Assembly (NCBI GenBank): GCA_001599295.1 | Contig: BCGN01000004.1 | Location: 66,138-130,137, forward strand | Direction of reading: 5' to 3' | Length of the DNA stretch: 64,000 bases | Origin: Sporopachydermia quercuum | Lineage: Eukaryota | Shown: in pieces, positions 12,468-22,957 of the stretch | Position numbering within the stretch: position 1 is the first letter of the stretch | Layout of the letters: each line of letters begins with the position of its first letter | Program-made: the position numbers and the translations under genes | The notes under the pieces: generated by a model | Database searches by the model: none | What the model saw: only the letters and a program-made list of their open reading frames with translations | What the model was told of the DNA's origin: nothing

Positions 12468-15400
12468 ATGTTACCCAGAGGGAATCCATTGATAACAAGT
12501 CTTCTTCAACAGGATGCCGGACAAACTGAAGAGAAACCGTTACCCGGGGCTTCGGGGTTACTGAAACCTCAACCAGAAATCCTTGTACCTGTTCAGTACC
12601 CAGCTCTTCCTGATCTACCAGCAGTATCTAGTCCTATACAGTATAATGACTTGTCAGATAAACGAATGATCTTTTCATCTGAACCTGCGAGATCACAGCA
12701 CTTTAGTCGTTATTCTGAAGGAGATCTCTCGGATTCTGATGTCTCGGATATGTATAATATTTCACATGAGCCACCAGAGTCTCGAACAGGATATTATGAT
12801 CCTGTTAAGGACGTAGTAGAAAGAAGGGTTAAAGCTGAGATGACAACAGCTGTTGGAGGAGCTTCTAGAGCGAAACTTGATCCGCTGAAGATTACAAGCC
12901 TACTTTCTGATCCTGATATAGAACATGATGAAAAGGCTGTAAAGAGCCCCGGATTTGGAAGCAGTTCTCTGGTACCAATTGAGTTTCCAAAGACCCCTAG
13001 AGCAAAGTCACAAGTAGCTGATAAAGAACGCTTAACTAATGAGCCACTGGTATCCTATTCTACGCTCGAGAACTCTGCTAATGGGCAGAAGACTGTTAGC
13101 GAAGCAAGGGTTCAGTCGCAATCTTTAAATTCACTCTTGGAGGTTGATCCTACCACAAGTAGATTCAACATTTCAGAAAAGAAATCTCTCCAGCATAGAT
13201 TTGAGCAACGAGAGCTTCAATTCTTTAGTATTGATGCGTCACAGTCATCAGGGATTGATCTGTTGCTAGAAGCGGCGGAAACTGATAGTAAGCCACAACC
13301 AGACGGTTCTAATGCAACTATAGAAATTTATAACGAGGCCAACGACGAGGGTAATGGTAATGGTAATAATAATGATTATGATAATGATAATGATGATAAT
13401 AACGATGGTAATAATGATGTTCAACTACAAATTGATAATGTTTCCGAAGATTCCAAATTGTCTACTGCGCCATCTGAGCCTCCAAAAGTTAAGCGGGTAA
13501 TAATTNCTATTGAGGATGATGATCCCGAGCCACCTACAAAGTCTGATATGTTTGAGGAAACCTTTGAAAAGTCTCATCAAAATACCGATATAACTCAATC
13601 GAGGCGGCAACTGGAACCACTGTTGGAGTCACGAGAAAACCCCCAACTAAAGGCTCCGAGACAAGCCACGAAGGCTATTGCCACACCAAAAGCTGTCCCA
13701 AAACGTCATACAAGAAATGCACCGCGCTCGGTGTCTCCACAGCAACAAACAGACGTGTCTTTAAATGAATCCCCAAACAAACGTTCAAAACGAAAATCAA
13801 GAGCCCAAACAAGAGATAATTTAAACTCGGAAATCTTATTTGATTTCAATCACCAACACGAACTTATCCCTTTGAAAGAAGATTTGCTGATTACATCGTA
13901 CAAATCATTACCCATAGACACTCAACGACGAAAGGCATCAAGTTCTAAGAATAGAATAGCCCTACCTGTCAATCTGAGAATATTCTCGTGGTCAGATGAC
14001 GAGGAGACAAGTGGGGATGAAAAGCGAGGTATAAAGAAAGAAGCGGAGCGAGAGGGGTATGGGGGGTATGGATCAGTCGATGTCAAGAGTGAGATTACAA
14101 CGGAAAGCTGTAATGACTTTAGAAAAAGTGAAATTAATACTAATGATTGCGGTATAGATATTACTATTAGAGGTAGCGATGAGGCTAGGACTGATGTTAT
14201 ACCTGGTAAGGAGAGTAGTACTATACTTGAATCTAGTAGTTCTGGCGGTGGCAATAAGAGTACTAGCTCGAATACTAGCTCTAATATGACTTTTGATACT
14301 GTTTCTGTTGCACATTTGGATATTGAAGGTGCTACAGTGACTACCTTGAGACAGGAAGAAAACCCCATAGCAACTGGCGTTATCGATTCTGCTGCATTTT
14401 CTACTGTCATCAACAAAAGAGCTTTTGCTGTTAATGTTGGTGGGAACCATAATTTTCATACTGCTAGCTCAACTAGTATCAACGATTCAACGATTACAAC
14501 CTCCACAGCTGCTAGCAATGATTTATCTGTTGATCGTATAAATGTTTTTGGTTCTAAGGCTCTATCAGCTTCGAATAGCCCTAACAGTGATAGCAGTAGC
14601 ATTAATTCTGCACTTTTACGGCCAGTTACATTTTCTAATACTAAGCCTGCTGGAAACATACAGGTAACCACATTTTCCACCAAAACGCCAAAAACTCTTA
14701 ATACTGATGTTCAGAAAGCTCCCTCTACGCAGTCTACTATCAACACATCTATTACACGTTTGACTCCTGATAAAAAACATTTACCTAGAAATACCAAACG
14801 GAAGAATGTTCCTTTACACGATCCTCTCGGTGATGACGTATATTTACCTTATCACAGGCAAATGCTAAGAAGGGAAGCACGGCTGGTATCAATAGAGAAA
14901 GCCACAATTGACTTGGAAATGCAGAACTATGAAAATATTTTGGCAATACTAACAGAAACTGATGATTGGTCAAAAATATGCAAAATACTGCCAAAGTATA
15001 CTGTTATCAATGGCCTTAGTTATGAAGATGATGGTGATAATGATAGTAGTAATATTAGCATAGATAAAACTACTGATAGTATTAATACTGCTAGCTCCAG
15101 TCACGATAAAGGAAGCATTACTTGTACTAATTCTTTAGCTAACAAGAATAATAATGTACCTGCTTCATCTGCTGACACTGCTACCAAACAGAACGCTCCT
15201 AGTACCATCAATTTGCAAGAAGAAATGGAAATTAAGTACAATAAAACAGTCGAAGAACTGAATAGAATCATCAGTAAGTTCAAAGAGTTTCGGAAAACTG
15301 AAAAGCTGTTTAACGAAGTGTATAAATGTATTGAGAATGGTACGTTTGATCTTGAGAATAAACAGTACAGTAAATATGCAATTCTATCTGGTATTTATGA

Positions 15401-17495
15401 GGATTTAGAGCGATTTGTTGATACAGTAGTAAAGAGCAAAAATGATACTAGGAAGAGGACTCCTAAAAGTTTAATTGCTAGTGGAAATGCCAGTAGTAAT
15501 GGTACTAGTAGTTCTATTAGCAGTATTAGTGATAAACATACTAACGGTACCAGTAATAATGGTAACATTAGTGGCAATAGTGTATCTAGTACTGCTGGAA
15601 CTCCTGCTGGTGGTAGAAATTCAGCTGCTGGTTCTTCTAGTACCCCTAGCAGCGCATCTAAGTATTCACAGACACCATCAGGTAATTCGCATGCTGGCAA
15701 TGGTAGTAAACAGAAGCAAAAGGTCGGGAGAAGTGTGTTTGGTTTCAAATTACCAAGGGGGTTTAGAAGTTTCAAGCAAGGAAAGATGTCTGCTGATAGT
15801 GCTGGTTCGGTGATTGCAAGCCCTTGTAGTTCTGGCACTAGTACTGCTGGTAGACGTAAGCGTAAGACGAAAGCTATGGAAGAGAACCATTATGCGTTTG
15901 GTTCTTGGATTCCTGATCCATTGGAAGAAAGCCATAGTAATTTTGGGAACTATTTGGGCAGAAAAAGTGGAGTTAACGGAGGTTTCATTACTAATGTTGC
16001 TATTGATGGTAGAAATAGTATAGGTGTTTCTGCTGCTAGTAACACCAATAGTGCTAGTAGTGTTATTCATAATGACAGTACACACAGTGAAAATAGTACG
16101 TTGAGAAGAGTTCGTGATGTTACAGCTAGTATTGCTGGCCCTGTTGACAATGAGCCTGGTTCCGGTGGTACCTCAATTGCTTCCTCTAATGAACCGTCGG
16201 GAAATAGCAGAAATGATAATATCATCAGTCCTAAAAAAATTAATGAAATCAAAGACAAGGCTATTGTTATCGACGACGCAAATCAGCTACTATGTCCTAT
16301 TGAACTAACTGTTCCTACTAATGTTCCTACTAGTGTTCCTACTGTTCCGGCTGCCCTTGCTACTCAGCCTTTAGCCACACAACAGAAAATCTCCTTTCTA
16401 CCATTTACTCTTCCTCAAAGATGGATTTCTGATTATTACAGACCAAATATTTTCATCCATAACGGGAAAAATTTCCATGGGCTGTCTGCCACCAAACTGA
16501 GCGAAGATTTCCGAGCGGTTATTGTCTCCTCTGGCTCCCAACAACGGCTAGGCTATAAAACAAAGAAACAAACAAAGAAAAGATCAGTCTTGAAACTGTC
16601 ACCAGTTCTCAGAAGAATAGTAGAAAAGAATATAAAGGATAGAAGGTGTAAAAGCTTTACTCATTTTTTTGGTCCCTCTCTGAATGACTTTGATGAGGAC
16701 GTATATAATTCTTACTCTATCTGGGATAGTTCTAGGGGACGGATTGGTGGTGCGCCCGGTAACGCAGGTATAGGAGATAATGGGAACGATTCAGGGGAAA
16801 TTAGTACAGAAGTTGGAACAGGAAGTCGAAGGATAATAATTACCACGGATGGTAAATATGGTACCAAGTCTTCTAGTTCAAGACTATCCCAACGAATCTC
16901 ACCTAAGAGAGCTAAGAGTCTAAAGAGTTCACCCAAGAAACGCCGAAGAAGCCTCATAGAACAGAAAGAGGTTTCAGCCGAGCCAAAGAAAAAGAAAAGG
17001 CTTGAACTTAAAGTTATTAAATCAAACAAATACCATGAAGAAACTACCGTTTCCGGCAGCTCCAGCAGCAGGATGAAAAGCAGCAAATTTCTAACAAAAA
17101 AATGCCTATTGCCGATAAAACTTGTGATACGAGAATCATCGGTGTCTCCGGGTGGTGACGGAAATAATAATGGGGCTACCAATATTGCAAAGAAATCTAA
17201 AGGTGTTGCTTTTGATGGGGGATCTAGCTCTTTTAAGGTTACACCCAGTCGAACCAAACCAAGGAAAGCGAGTATCAGCTCTAAAATGAAGAAGACAACA
17301 ACTGAAGGAGAACCACCGGAGAGCAGTGAGGATGATGGGGCATTCGAAGGTGAAGCCGCTGGGTCGGCCAATACATCCGAAAGCGAGTGTTACGAAACTG
17401 CCGGCGAGAAGGAAGAAAGCCTAAATGAGCGTGAGAGCGATTGGGGTCCTGAAGAAATTGAGAACGATGGAGTAACACCTAAAGAGAAACCGTGA
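12468..17495 (+). CDS. SAS4: Large low-complexity protein containing a Sas4 (SAS acetyltransferase complex) domain
   Basis: Around 14820-15305 the sequence 'DPLGDDVYLPYHRQMLRREARL...DW...LPKYTVIN...EMEIKYNKTVEELNRIISKFKEF' resembles the Sas4 domain. The remainder is S/N/T-rich with basic NLS-like tracts. Confidence 0.7.
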   Translation: MLPRGNPLITSLLQQDAGQTEEKPLPGASGLLKPQPEILVPVQYPALPDLPAVSSPIQYNDLSDKRMIFSSEPARSQHFSRYSEGDLSDSDVSDMYNISHEPPESRTGYYDPVKDVVERRVKAEMTTAVGGASRAKLDPLKITSLLSDPDIEHDEKAVKSPGFGSSSLVPIEFPKTPRAKSQVADKERLTNEPLVSYSTLENSANGQKTVSEARVQSQSLNSLLEVDPTTSRFNISEKKSLQHRFEQRELQFFSIDASQSSGIDLLLEAAETDSKPQPDGSNATIEIYNEANDEGNGNGNNNDYDNDNDDNNDGNNDVQLQIDNVSEDSKLSTAPSEPPKVKRVIIXIEDDDPEPPTKSDMFEETFEKSHQNTDITQSRRQLEPLLESRENPQLKAPRQATKAIATPKAVPKRHTRNAPRSVSPQQQTDVSLNESPNKRSKRKSRAQTRDNLNSEILFDFNHQHELIPLKEDLLITSYKSLPIDTQRRKASSSKNRIALPVNLRIFSWSDDEETSGDEKRGIKKEAEREGYGGYGSVDVKSEITTESCNDFRKSEINTNDCGIDITIRGSDEARTDVIPGKESSTILESSSSGGGNKSTSSNTSSNMTFDTVSVAHLDIEGATVTTLRQEENPIATGVIDSAAFSTVINKRAFAVNVGGNHNFHTASSTSINDSTITTSTAASNDLSVDRINVFGSKALSASNSPNSDSSSINSALLRPVTFSNTKPAGNIQVTTFSTKTPKTLNTDVQKAPSTQSTINTSITRLTPDKKHLPRNTKRKNVPLHDPLGDDVYLPYHRQMLRREARLVSIEKATIDLEMQNYENILAILTETDDWSKICKILPKYTVINGLSYEDDGDNDSSNISIDKTTDSINTASSSHDKGSITCTNSLANKNNNVPASSADTATKQNAPSTINLQEEMEIKYNKTVEELNRIISKFKEFRKTEKLFNEVYKCIENGTFDLENKQYSKYAILSGIYEDLERFVDTVVKSKNDTRKRTPKSLIASGNASSNGTSSSISSISDKHTNGTSNNGNISGNSVSSTAGTPAGGRNSAAGSSSTPSSASKYSQTPSGNSHAGNGSKQKQKVGRSVFGFKLPRGFRSFKQGKMSADSAGSVIASPCSSGTSTAGRRKRKTKAMEENHYAFGSWIPDPLEESHSNFGNYLGRKSGVNGGFITNVAIDGRNSIGVSAASNTNSASSVIHNDSTHSENSTLRRVRDVTASIAGPVDNEPGSGGTSIASSNEPSGNSRNDNIISPKKINEIKDKAIVIDDANQLLCPIELTVPTNVPTSVPTVPAALATQPLATQQKISFLPFTLPQRWISDYYRPNIFIHNGKNFHGLSATKLSEDFRAVIVSSGSQQRLGYKTKKQTKKRSVLKLSPVLRRIVEKNIKDRRCKSFTHFFGPSLNDFDEDVYNSYSIWDSSRGRIGGAPGNAGIGDNGNDSGEISTEVGTGSRRIIITTDGKYGTKSSSSRLSQRISPKRAKSLKSSPKKRRRSLIEQKEVSAEPKKKKRLELKVIKSNKYHEETTVSGSSSSRMKSSKFLTKKCLLPIKLVIRESSVSPGGDGNNNGATNIAKKSKGVAFDGGSSSFKVTPSRTKPRKASISSKMKKTTTEGEPPESSEDDGAFEGEAAGSANTSESECYETAGEKEESLNERESDWGPEEIENDGVTPKEKP

Positions 17496-17787
17496 ACGGA
17501 AATCTGAAATAAAACGTAGAAGTGCATCTGGAAGTGGCAAGAAAAAGGTCAGCAATGGGGTTGTTGGTGATGAAGCAGATGCTTATATTGAGAGTGATAG
17601 CGATAGTGATAGAAGGAGTAGGAAAGGACAAAATATTGATTTTGTTGTCGATGATGAAGATCAAGTTAAATTTTATGATGATGAGGAAATGGGAGATAAG
17701 TTAATTCGTTTAGAGAAACGGCTGAAGAAAAAAAGAAAGAGTAGCCTGTTTAAGGTAAGGCTTTCAAAGTCGTCAAATAGGCTGTGA
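17494..17787 (+). other. 97-codon +1-frame continuation of the SAS4-like ORF, starting at its stop codon
   Basis: Reads ERKSEIKRRSASGSGKKKVSNGVVGDEADAYIESDSDSDRRSRKG...RLKKKRKSSLFKVRLSKSSNRL*, with the same composition as the ORF tail. Confidence 0.6.
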
Positions 17788-18882
17788 GCGCTGTGGTATG
17801 GGGACAGCAATTTGATAGTCGTCCGATAAGCTTCAACTCACACGTCAAAATGGAACCTCAATTGTACTTATTTACCCTCTACTAACTGTTCATTGATATC
17901 GTTTGATTACACACTTAGTTATACATTTATATCTACAAAATTTCTGGCAATTCTCTCATTCTATCGACTTTCATGAATGAACATTATTACCTCCGAAATA
18001 GAATATAAATCGGAAATATAACTGGATTGTCCTTTCCGGAATTTCATCCTCTCTTATCTAAGCCCTTGAAGAACTCATAATTACTAATCCATCTTCTCAG
18101 ATGAATATAAAAGATAACAAATATATCACTAGCAAATATTCACTTTTAGCATTAAACCTACATAAACTAGTAATAAACTAACTCTATATCTTAATTTATC
18201 TGCCAAATCCATCATCTTTCACGTATATATCTCACTGTTAATACCATCCGCTCCTCCCCTTGTAACTTATGGTAATCTTGGCCAAGCCTGGGAAATTCCG
18301 GAAATTATCCTCCCTTTTTTGTCGGACGTAGAAGATTCCAATATAACACTATTCATCACCTAGCAATGTCAGAATAAATGCGGTATTACAAGCAAACGAG
18401 GAAAATCCCCTCATCAGCAGTTTAATATAGTCATAACCTTGTCAACAATTTAATATAATCATGACCTTGTCAATAATATAAATAGGATCAAATAATCCTT
18501 TAATCTTTTGTTCGTAGTACAGTTATATAGCGGAAGTATAAAATAGCTTCAAGGCATGCAAATATATCGGAATATATTAGAGTTTCCATAGTATAGCATT
18601 TGTCCGATAAAGACAAGTGTCCGAAAACAAAATGTCAGAATCAAATTATTATCACTAACCAAGAAACACAAACATGTACTTTTAGCCAATGTACGTAAAT
18701 CGTCTTTTTGGCTTATCATCATATTTATTCCGACAATGCTATTATAATAATAGAAATGCTCTGATTTTAGTGGTAATAACGGCAGAACTTCCAGGGACTC
18801 AATTGAAAGGAATTGAGCTAAACTAGGAGTTAATAGAATGAATATGATTATGCAAAAGTAGACAAGAACACATTATTTCATT

Positions 18883-20327
18883 ATGCTGCGAGACAGAACA
18901 GTGGTAGAGGTAAGTGGTGGATGTTGAAGAATGCTAAGAAAGAAAAGAAAAGAAATAGAAAACCGGTTTTTACTGTTAATGCTGAAAATGAAAAAGAATA
19001 AATAAAGTATTTGATCGATTTTATATTTTTTCTTCTTTTATAGGGTAGAATTGGGTTTTATATTAACTGATGTGATCAGATCCCATTTGCAAAGCTGCCA
19101 ATTGCTTGTGTGTCATTTGAATATGGTGAGTGCTTCTTTGATTGAAACGTTTGGCTCTGGTTAATATATGCTGAAGAGAATAAGGAGAGTAGAATTACAG
19201 ATCAGCAGAATCTCAGGAATAGCAAAAAGAATTTCCATTGTAACTGTTGTTTAGTCAGTCTTTGAAGCACTGTGTACTAAAAAATAGGTGTCAACTGATG
19301 GTCTATTCAGTCTTTATACTATACTAACTTTACATTTGTCAGCCGGTTATATTCTGGCTTTGTTGATAGGGCTTATATTCCATTATAATGATATTCTGAA
19401 GTTTGAACACGTTAACGAACAGGAAGAATGGTATGTGCTAAATGTGCTCTGGATTAGGTAAAGCAGGATATATGGATGGTATCAGATATGATGTATGATT
19501 GCTTCTGTCTGCTAAGAATACTAATTGTTTGAATTGAAGGTTTCCTTCTGTTAGCTTGGTTATCGGATACAAGTATCCTATCAAAAGTCTTATACAAATA
19601 TCTATGGCTTTAATATCAGGTATGTTAAGGATCTTCTTTGCTGATTGTTGCGTTTTAACAAGGCAATACAGTCCATAAAATGGCTCTACTGTTAATAATA
19701 GTAACGAAACATCTTCTAACTTAGAAAAGGGCCCCGAATTATATTTGTATTAATATGGAGTGTGATTGTTTCGAGAAAGAGTAATAGAAGAGCAGAGTTT
19801 ATACTGGCTTTTGGTCTTTTGAGAGCCATCTGCCATTTAGGATTCAGTAAGTTAGCTATGATATGATTTGGAGGGTCTCCAGGCATACTTAGATCATTAA
19901 TTTCCATGTAGCTTCTAATTGATAGTTGTCGACTAACGACNACCTTATAGCTAATATCTCTGATTTTGATGATGGCAGAACTCATCACAGACTATTTGTG
20001 ATATACACACTAGCAGGAGTCCCATGGATACATTTGAATTTAAGGCTCAAGAGAAGTAAAGAATCAAAGGTAGAATATGCAGAGCTAAAACGCATTGGAT
20101 ATTTATCATACGGACTCATTCTTATAATGTACTATTGTTTTTATAGACATCAGATTTTAAGATTACCTGGAGCATTCTCATGGTTTGCATTGGCACAATG
20201 GGTTTACATTGCTGTTGATATCAAGTTCAATTACATTATTGCTAAGACCATGACAACAATCTCTGCTTCTGTTGAGAACCTTGGTATAAAANCAGTTCAT
20301 AAGCCGACGAACAGCCATATTGTATAA
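18883..20327 (+). CDS. Frag1/PGAP2-family membrane protein (CWH43 N-terminal domain only), about 244 aa; exons 18883-18909, 19080-19125, 19343-19430, 19540-19619, 19730-19846, 19951-20327
   Basis: Five introns join in frame. The product contains 'EEWFPSVSLVIGYKYP...ALISGPR', 'GLLRAIC...NISDFDD', 'HQILRLPGAFSWFALAQW...DIKF', which parallel Cwh43-N motifs (EWFPSVSATIGDRYPER, GAY..YAFFEW). The first two exons are less certain. Confidence 0.78.
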
Positions 20328-20826
20328 TGTTTGAAATGCATTGGCTTAGGCTCAGGACTAGTACTGCTGGAGATTGTGAATGAAAGGGGAGATATACTTT
20401 GTACTGTTTGGATTCGATAATGTTAATGTTTATGTATTCTTTTATATATGCAAATGTAAACAGATTTGTTTAATGTAAAATACAATACAACCAATAGCAA
20501 ATATATCGAATACTACTAGGAAATAATATGAGTATATAAAATCATAGATGGAAGGACGATTGCAATGATGAAATTTCGGATATAATACCCAGACAATATG
20601 TGAAACTTCGGAAAAGATGTCATTAATTACTCAAACGTTATTTTACGTTCCACATCCCTAAACGCCAAAAACTAAAGATTTTATATCCTTGAATATTAAA
20701 CCTTTTCTTTATCTAATCAGCTACTTCTGGAAAGATTATTTATGTTTCAAATTCACTGTATGTATATTTGATATTACGAAACTTTATTCCGGCAAAGGTG
20801 ATTTGTATCGTTGGAAAAGCGTCAAG

Positions 20827-21339
20827 ATGTCGGAAAATGTGAATAAGGAATCAGCTGAAGCTGAAATTAATGAAGAATTGAAGTATGTTCTTGAAATGGG
20901 TAATTACACTCTACGACTATCAGAAGGAAACTGTTGGTCCCCTTTCTTGATAAATTCTAAGGATCCATACTAATGAGCGTGAAATTCTACTCTCTGATAG
21001 GAATGTGAGTGAAGTGCAGAAAAATATTCTGCTGGAACTGTCACGGATTTTGCAAACAAGTCGTCAAATGTAAGTGTTGAAGTGATTTTTGAAGCAAGAG
21101 AAGATTTGGCAGATATTGAAACCAAATTGAAGCCTGATTCAATCATTAGAAGAAAAGTATTAACAAACCGATTTAGAGAAACNTTGTCTGCAAAGATCTT
21201 AGATCTAGTTCGGTATGATGCACTAGGAAACACCAATCCCAAATACAGAGCAACACTAATACGTACGATGGATGGGTTGAGAAGTCTGCTTGCCACATTG
21301 GGTTTTGAAGATATTAGAAAAAGTATTGAAGGTATATAA
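20827..21339 (+). CDS. Hypothetical 104-aa protein; exons 20827-20882, 21001-21069, 21150-21339
   Basis: A GTATGT..TACTAAT..TAG intron and a GTAAGT..TAG intron (weak branch point) join three segments in frame. No family was recognised. Confidence 0.45.
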
Positions 21340-21686
21340 ATTATAGAGACCGAGGGAAGATGATGATTATGTATGGATAATGTATTGTAAGGAAAGGTAG
21401 GTAACCTGGATATTATATTGATCAAGAATTNTAGGTATTATGATGACTATGGAAAGGTGTCGGATTGTGAGTTTAAGAACGAATTCTCACCATAAAATTG
21501 AACCAGCTGGAATGTATGATACAATCTTTAGTTTTTAGTTTGCCCGCTTTATTATTCAAGTGGAATATGATCTAGTTGTTTATAGAAGGTGCTATAAATT
21601 CAGATATACCAACTTCCGCACAATAGAACCAAAATGGAATGTAGCAATATAATATAGAGTGCATATTCTGAACTTATTGAAAACAT

Positions 21687-21759
21687 GGTTCTGTGGTGTA
21701 GTGGTTATCACATCTCATTCACACTGAGGAGGTCCTGAGTTCAAACCTCAGCTGAATCA
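21687..21759 (+). tRNA. tRNA-Val(CAC)
   Basis: 73-nt cloverleaf with A-box TGGTGTAGTGG, anticodon arm TCTCA-TTCACAC-TGAGG and T arm CTGAG-TTCAAAC-CTCAG, followed by a T7 terminator. Confidence 0.95.
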
Positions 21760-22572
21760 TTATTTTTTTCACTTCTTTTATTAGAGTTTTGAACCTTATA
21801 TTACATTCTCCAATCTCAAAGTTTATTAATGATTGCCTAAGAAAAAATTGGAAACATATGATATAAGAACTTCAGTTACTTTGAAATCATCTCTGATGAT
21901 CCGATATCTACTACTTCTGTTAAGTTATCAGCATTACTGTTACTAAACATTAAATGATCTATATATTTTGTGCCAATAGTATAACAAATAGGAAACATGC
22001 ATAACATTTGTATGGGTCTTCGATGATCGTATATCAAACTAAAGCTTAGGAACGAAAAAGAAAGAGATCAAATCTCTGGCAGAGAACGAGAATCAAAGCT
22101 TCAGCAAAATAATTTCACTACTCTTTATCCCTCTTGTGTGTGTCTTATTTGTTGTATATATTGTTACAAAGGCCAGTACTGGAAATCTAAATGATATCTT
22201 CAAGAGAGATTGGCACAGATCAAAATTCGAAGAAAAAAGCTACTAAGGTACTCATTGGTATCTTAGATAGATTATATCAGTACTAATTAGCTGCATCATG
22301 TAACACCGATCAGAAAATGCTTTTTTATTATAACCAATTGACAGATAAAATAAGCTCTAACTCTATGAATCTAGATTCGAACCTAATGTCATTTTTACTA
22401 TAAACAAAGTTCAACTAATTTCAACTTAAACTAGTAGAGCATTCTAAACATACTAGAGAAAACAAAACTTCGAAAAGCAAAAATAACACACGACATTTTC
22501 ATATAGTCAGAAGGTTAGGAACAGAAAATAACAGTTACCAAAGATTACCAACAAAAAGAAAATAGAAAGATA

Positions 22573-22644
22573 TGAGCGATAGGAGAATCGAACCCCTGTC
22601 ACTTGCTTGGAAGGCAAGTATGATAACCACTACACTAATCGCCC
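22573..22644 (-). tRNA. tRNA-Gly(TCC), downstream copy
   Basis: GGGCGATTAGTGTAGTGG...CTTGC-CTTCCAA-GCAAG...GGTTCGATTCTCCTATCGCTCA, followed by TTTTCTTTTT. Confidence 0.96.
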
Positions 22645-22712
22645 GATTGTTTGCTCGCAGCTTGAAATTAGTTGATATTGTAATTAAAGTTTCAAGACTA
22701 AATAGAAAGATA

Positions 22713-22784
22713 TGAGCGATAGGAGAATCGAACCCCTGTCACTTGCTTGGAAGGCAAGTATGATAACCACTACACTAATCGCCC
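22713..22784 (-). tRNA. tRNA-Gly(TCC), upstream copy
   Basis: Identical 72-nt sequence, offset 140 bp from the other copy. Confidence 0.96.
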
Positions 22785-22957
22785 AGCTGTTGGGAACATA
22801 CTGTCGCAGAAACTGATACTGCGATATTACACGTTTAAAATGTTTTTCTTTCTTGGGCCATAAATACTCATACTTAGAATATATCCCATTAAACTGACAA
22901 TTAAATGTAATAAGAAATTGGTACTCGAGATCTTACAACTGCCCTTTGGTTTCCTCA

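Noticed and set aside
13425..17704. Many antisense or alternate-frame ORFs over SAS4 (and similarly over RIO2, RTT106, DDC1, SSB1 and RIM101)
   Set aside because: These are shadows of low-complexity or codon-biased coding sequence with no family motifs.
18285..18310. GGGAAATTCCGG resembling an RNase P RNA conserved region
   Set aside because: The match is imperfect and no partner conserved region was found.
9806..20327. CDC1 and the PGAP2-like gene as a GPI-remodelling cluster
   Set aside because: They are separated by an unrelated 5-kb gene and share no evident regulatory signal, so chance proximity is sufficient.
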